This document shows positions 23,632 through 24,000 of a stretch of DNA of 24,000 bases, one piece after another. The translations under genes were made by a program, and so were the position numbers. Position 1 is the first letter of the stretch. The number at the start of each line of letters is the position of its first letter. The stretch lies in assembly GCA_015661775.1 (NCBI GenBank), contig DQVM01000076.1, positions 1 through 24,000 of the forward strand, in the 5' to 3' direction. The notes below the pieces were generated by a model that saw only the letters and a list, made by a program, of their open reading frames with translations, did not search any database and was not told where the DNA came from. This DNA is from Candidatus Caldarchaeum subterraneum. Its GTDB lineage: Archaea; Thermoproteota; Nitrososphaeria_A; Caldarchaeales; Caldarchaeaceae.

Positions 23632-24000
23632 TTAAAGTAGCGACGCCAGTATCTCTTCGTAGATTGCTAGGTATTCGTCTACGTTCTCAGGTTCTAGGAA
23701 CGGGATGAGCTGGTTCAGAACCTCAGGGCCCACCATGCCGCTCTGCTCTATCTTCTCGGGGGATACTCTTACGAAGGCGTTTTCGTTACTTGGGCCGTAT
23801 AGCCATTCGTTGGCGTAGAAGAACTGTATCTCCTCTGATATGAAGTGGTCTATATACGCGTGGGCTGCATCCTTGTTCTTGCTGGTCTCCAGTATGCTTA
23901 ATCCACATAGCCAGCCGAATCCTTTTCCATCAGGTAGGATAAATTGAGCGGGTATACTGGCGTTTCGTAGCCAGTAGGCGTGGGCTGGGCCGCTTCCTAC
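23632..24000 (-). CDS. PotD-family substrate-binding protein, C-terminal 122 codons only (system 3; the 5' part lies beyond the right edge)
   Basis: My own minus-strand translation. The stop TAA is at 23634-23632, and the frame is open to position 24000. The product reads ...VGSGPAHAYWLRNASIPAQFILPDGKGFGWLCGLSILETSKNKDAAHAYIDHFISEEIQFFYANEWLYGPSNENAFVRVSPEKIEQSGMVGPEVLNQLIPFLEPENVDEYLAIYEEILASLL. It has the same position and order as the system-2 binding protein. It is missing from the ORF track because it is truncated. Confidence 0.7.
   Translation of the reverse strand, partial: VGSGPAHAYWLRNASIPAQFILPDGKGFGWLCGLSILETSKNKDAAHAYIDHFISEEIQFFYANEWLYGPSNENAFVRVSPEKIEQSGMVGPEVLNQLIPFLEPENVDEYLAIYEEILASLL

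Noticed and set aside
1-24000. Search for CRISPR arrays, IS elements or terminal inverted repeats, integrase/transposase genes, and rRNA/tRNA genes
   Set aside because: No regularly spaced direct repeats were seen, no ORF has transposase or integrase motifs, and no non-coding stretch is long enough or structured like an rRNA or tRNA. The only sizeable repeats are the two intragenic paralog patches reported above.

Overview
This is probably a chromosomal segment from a thermophilic archaeon. The taxon is inferred from four traits: AT-rich TATA-like boxes about 25-40 nt upstream of start codons, GGAGG/GGTGA ribosome-binding motifs and 4-nt ATGA/GTGA start-stop overlaps inside operons, oligo-T runs rather than hairpin terminators, and membrane-anchored solute-binding proteins with Thr/Val-rich stalks. 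I found no rRNA, tRNA, CRISPR array, transposase or integrase. Contents from left to right: (1) In a visibly more AT-rich 2 kb, a truncated minus-strand ORF runs off the left edge (1-264). It is divergent from an orphan CARF-domain protein (422-1384), which is convergent with a small coiled-coil/winged-helix protein (1489-1914). (2) A canonical pstS-pstC-pstA-pstB-phoU phosphate-uptake operon (2058-6322). (3) A 17.5 kb amine/polyamine-type island (6527-24000). It holds a HemL-like class-III aminotransferase followed by potABC-like genes, a convergent PotD-like binding protein, two saccharopine-dehydrogenase/carboxyspermidine-dehydrogenase-like paralogs flanking a small pyruvoyl-type SpeH-like decarboxylase, and a second class-III aminotransferase. 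It ends with two tandem paralogous binding-protein/ATPase/permease/permease operons on the minus strand, the last cut by the right edge. Most worth following up: the orphan CARF protein, whose C-terminal domain is ambiguous between wHTH and a minimal HEPN; the enzyme core, which has no aminopropyltransferase or PLP carboxyspermidine decarboxylase and may be a non-canonical polyamine pathway; and two perfectly identical nucleotide patches (65 nt and 49 nt) between otherwise diverged paralogous transporter operons. All functional calls rest on motif recognition by eye. No database search was run.
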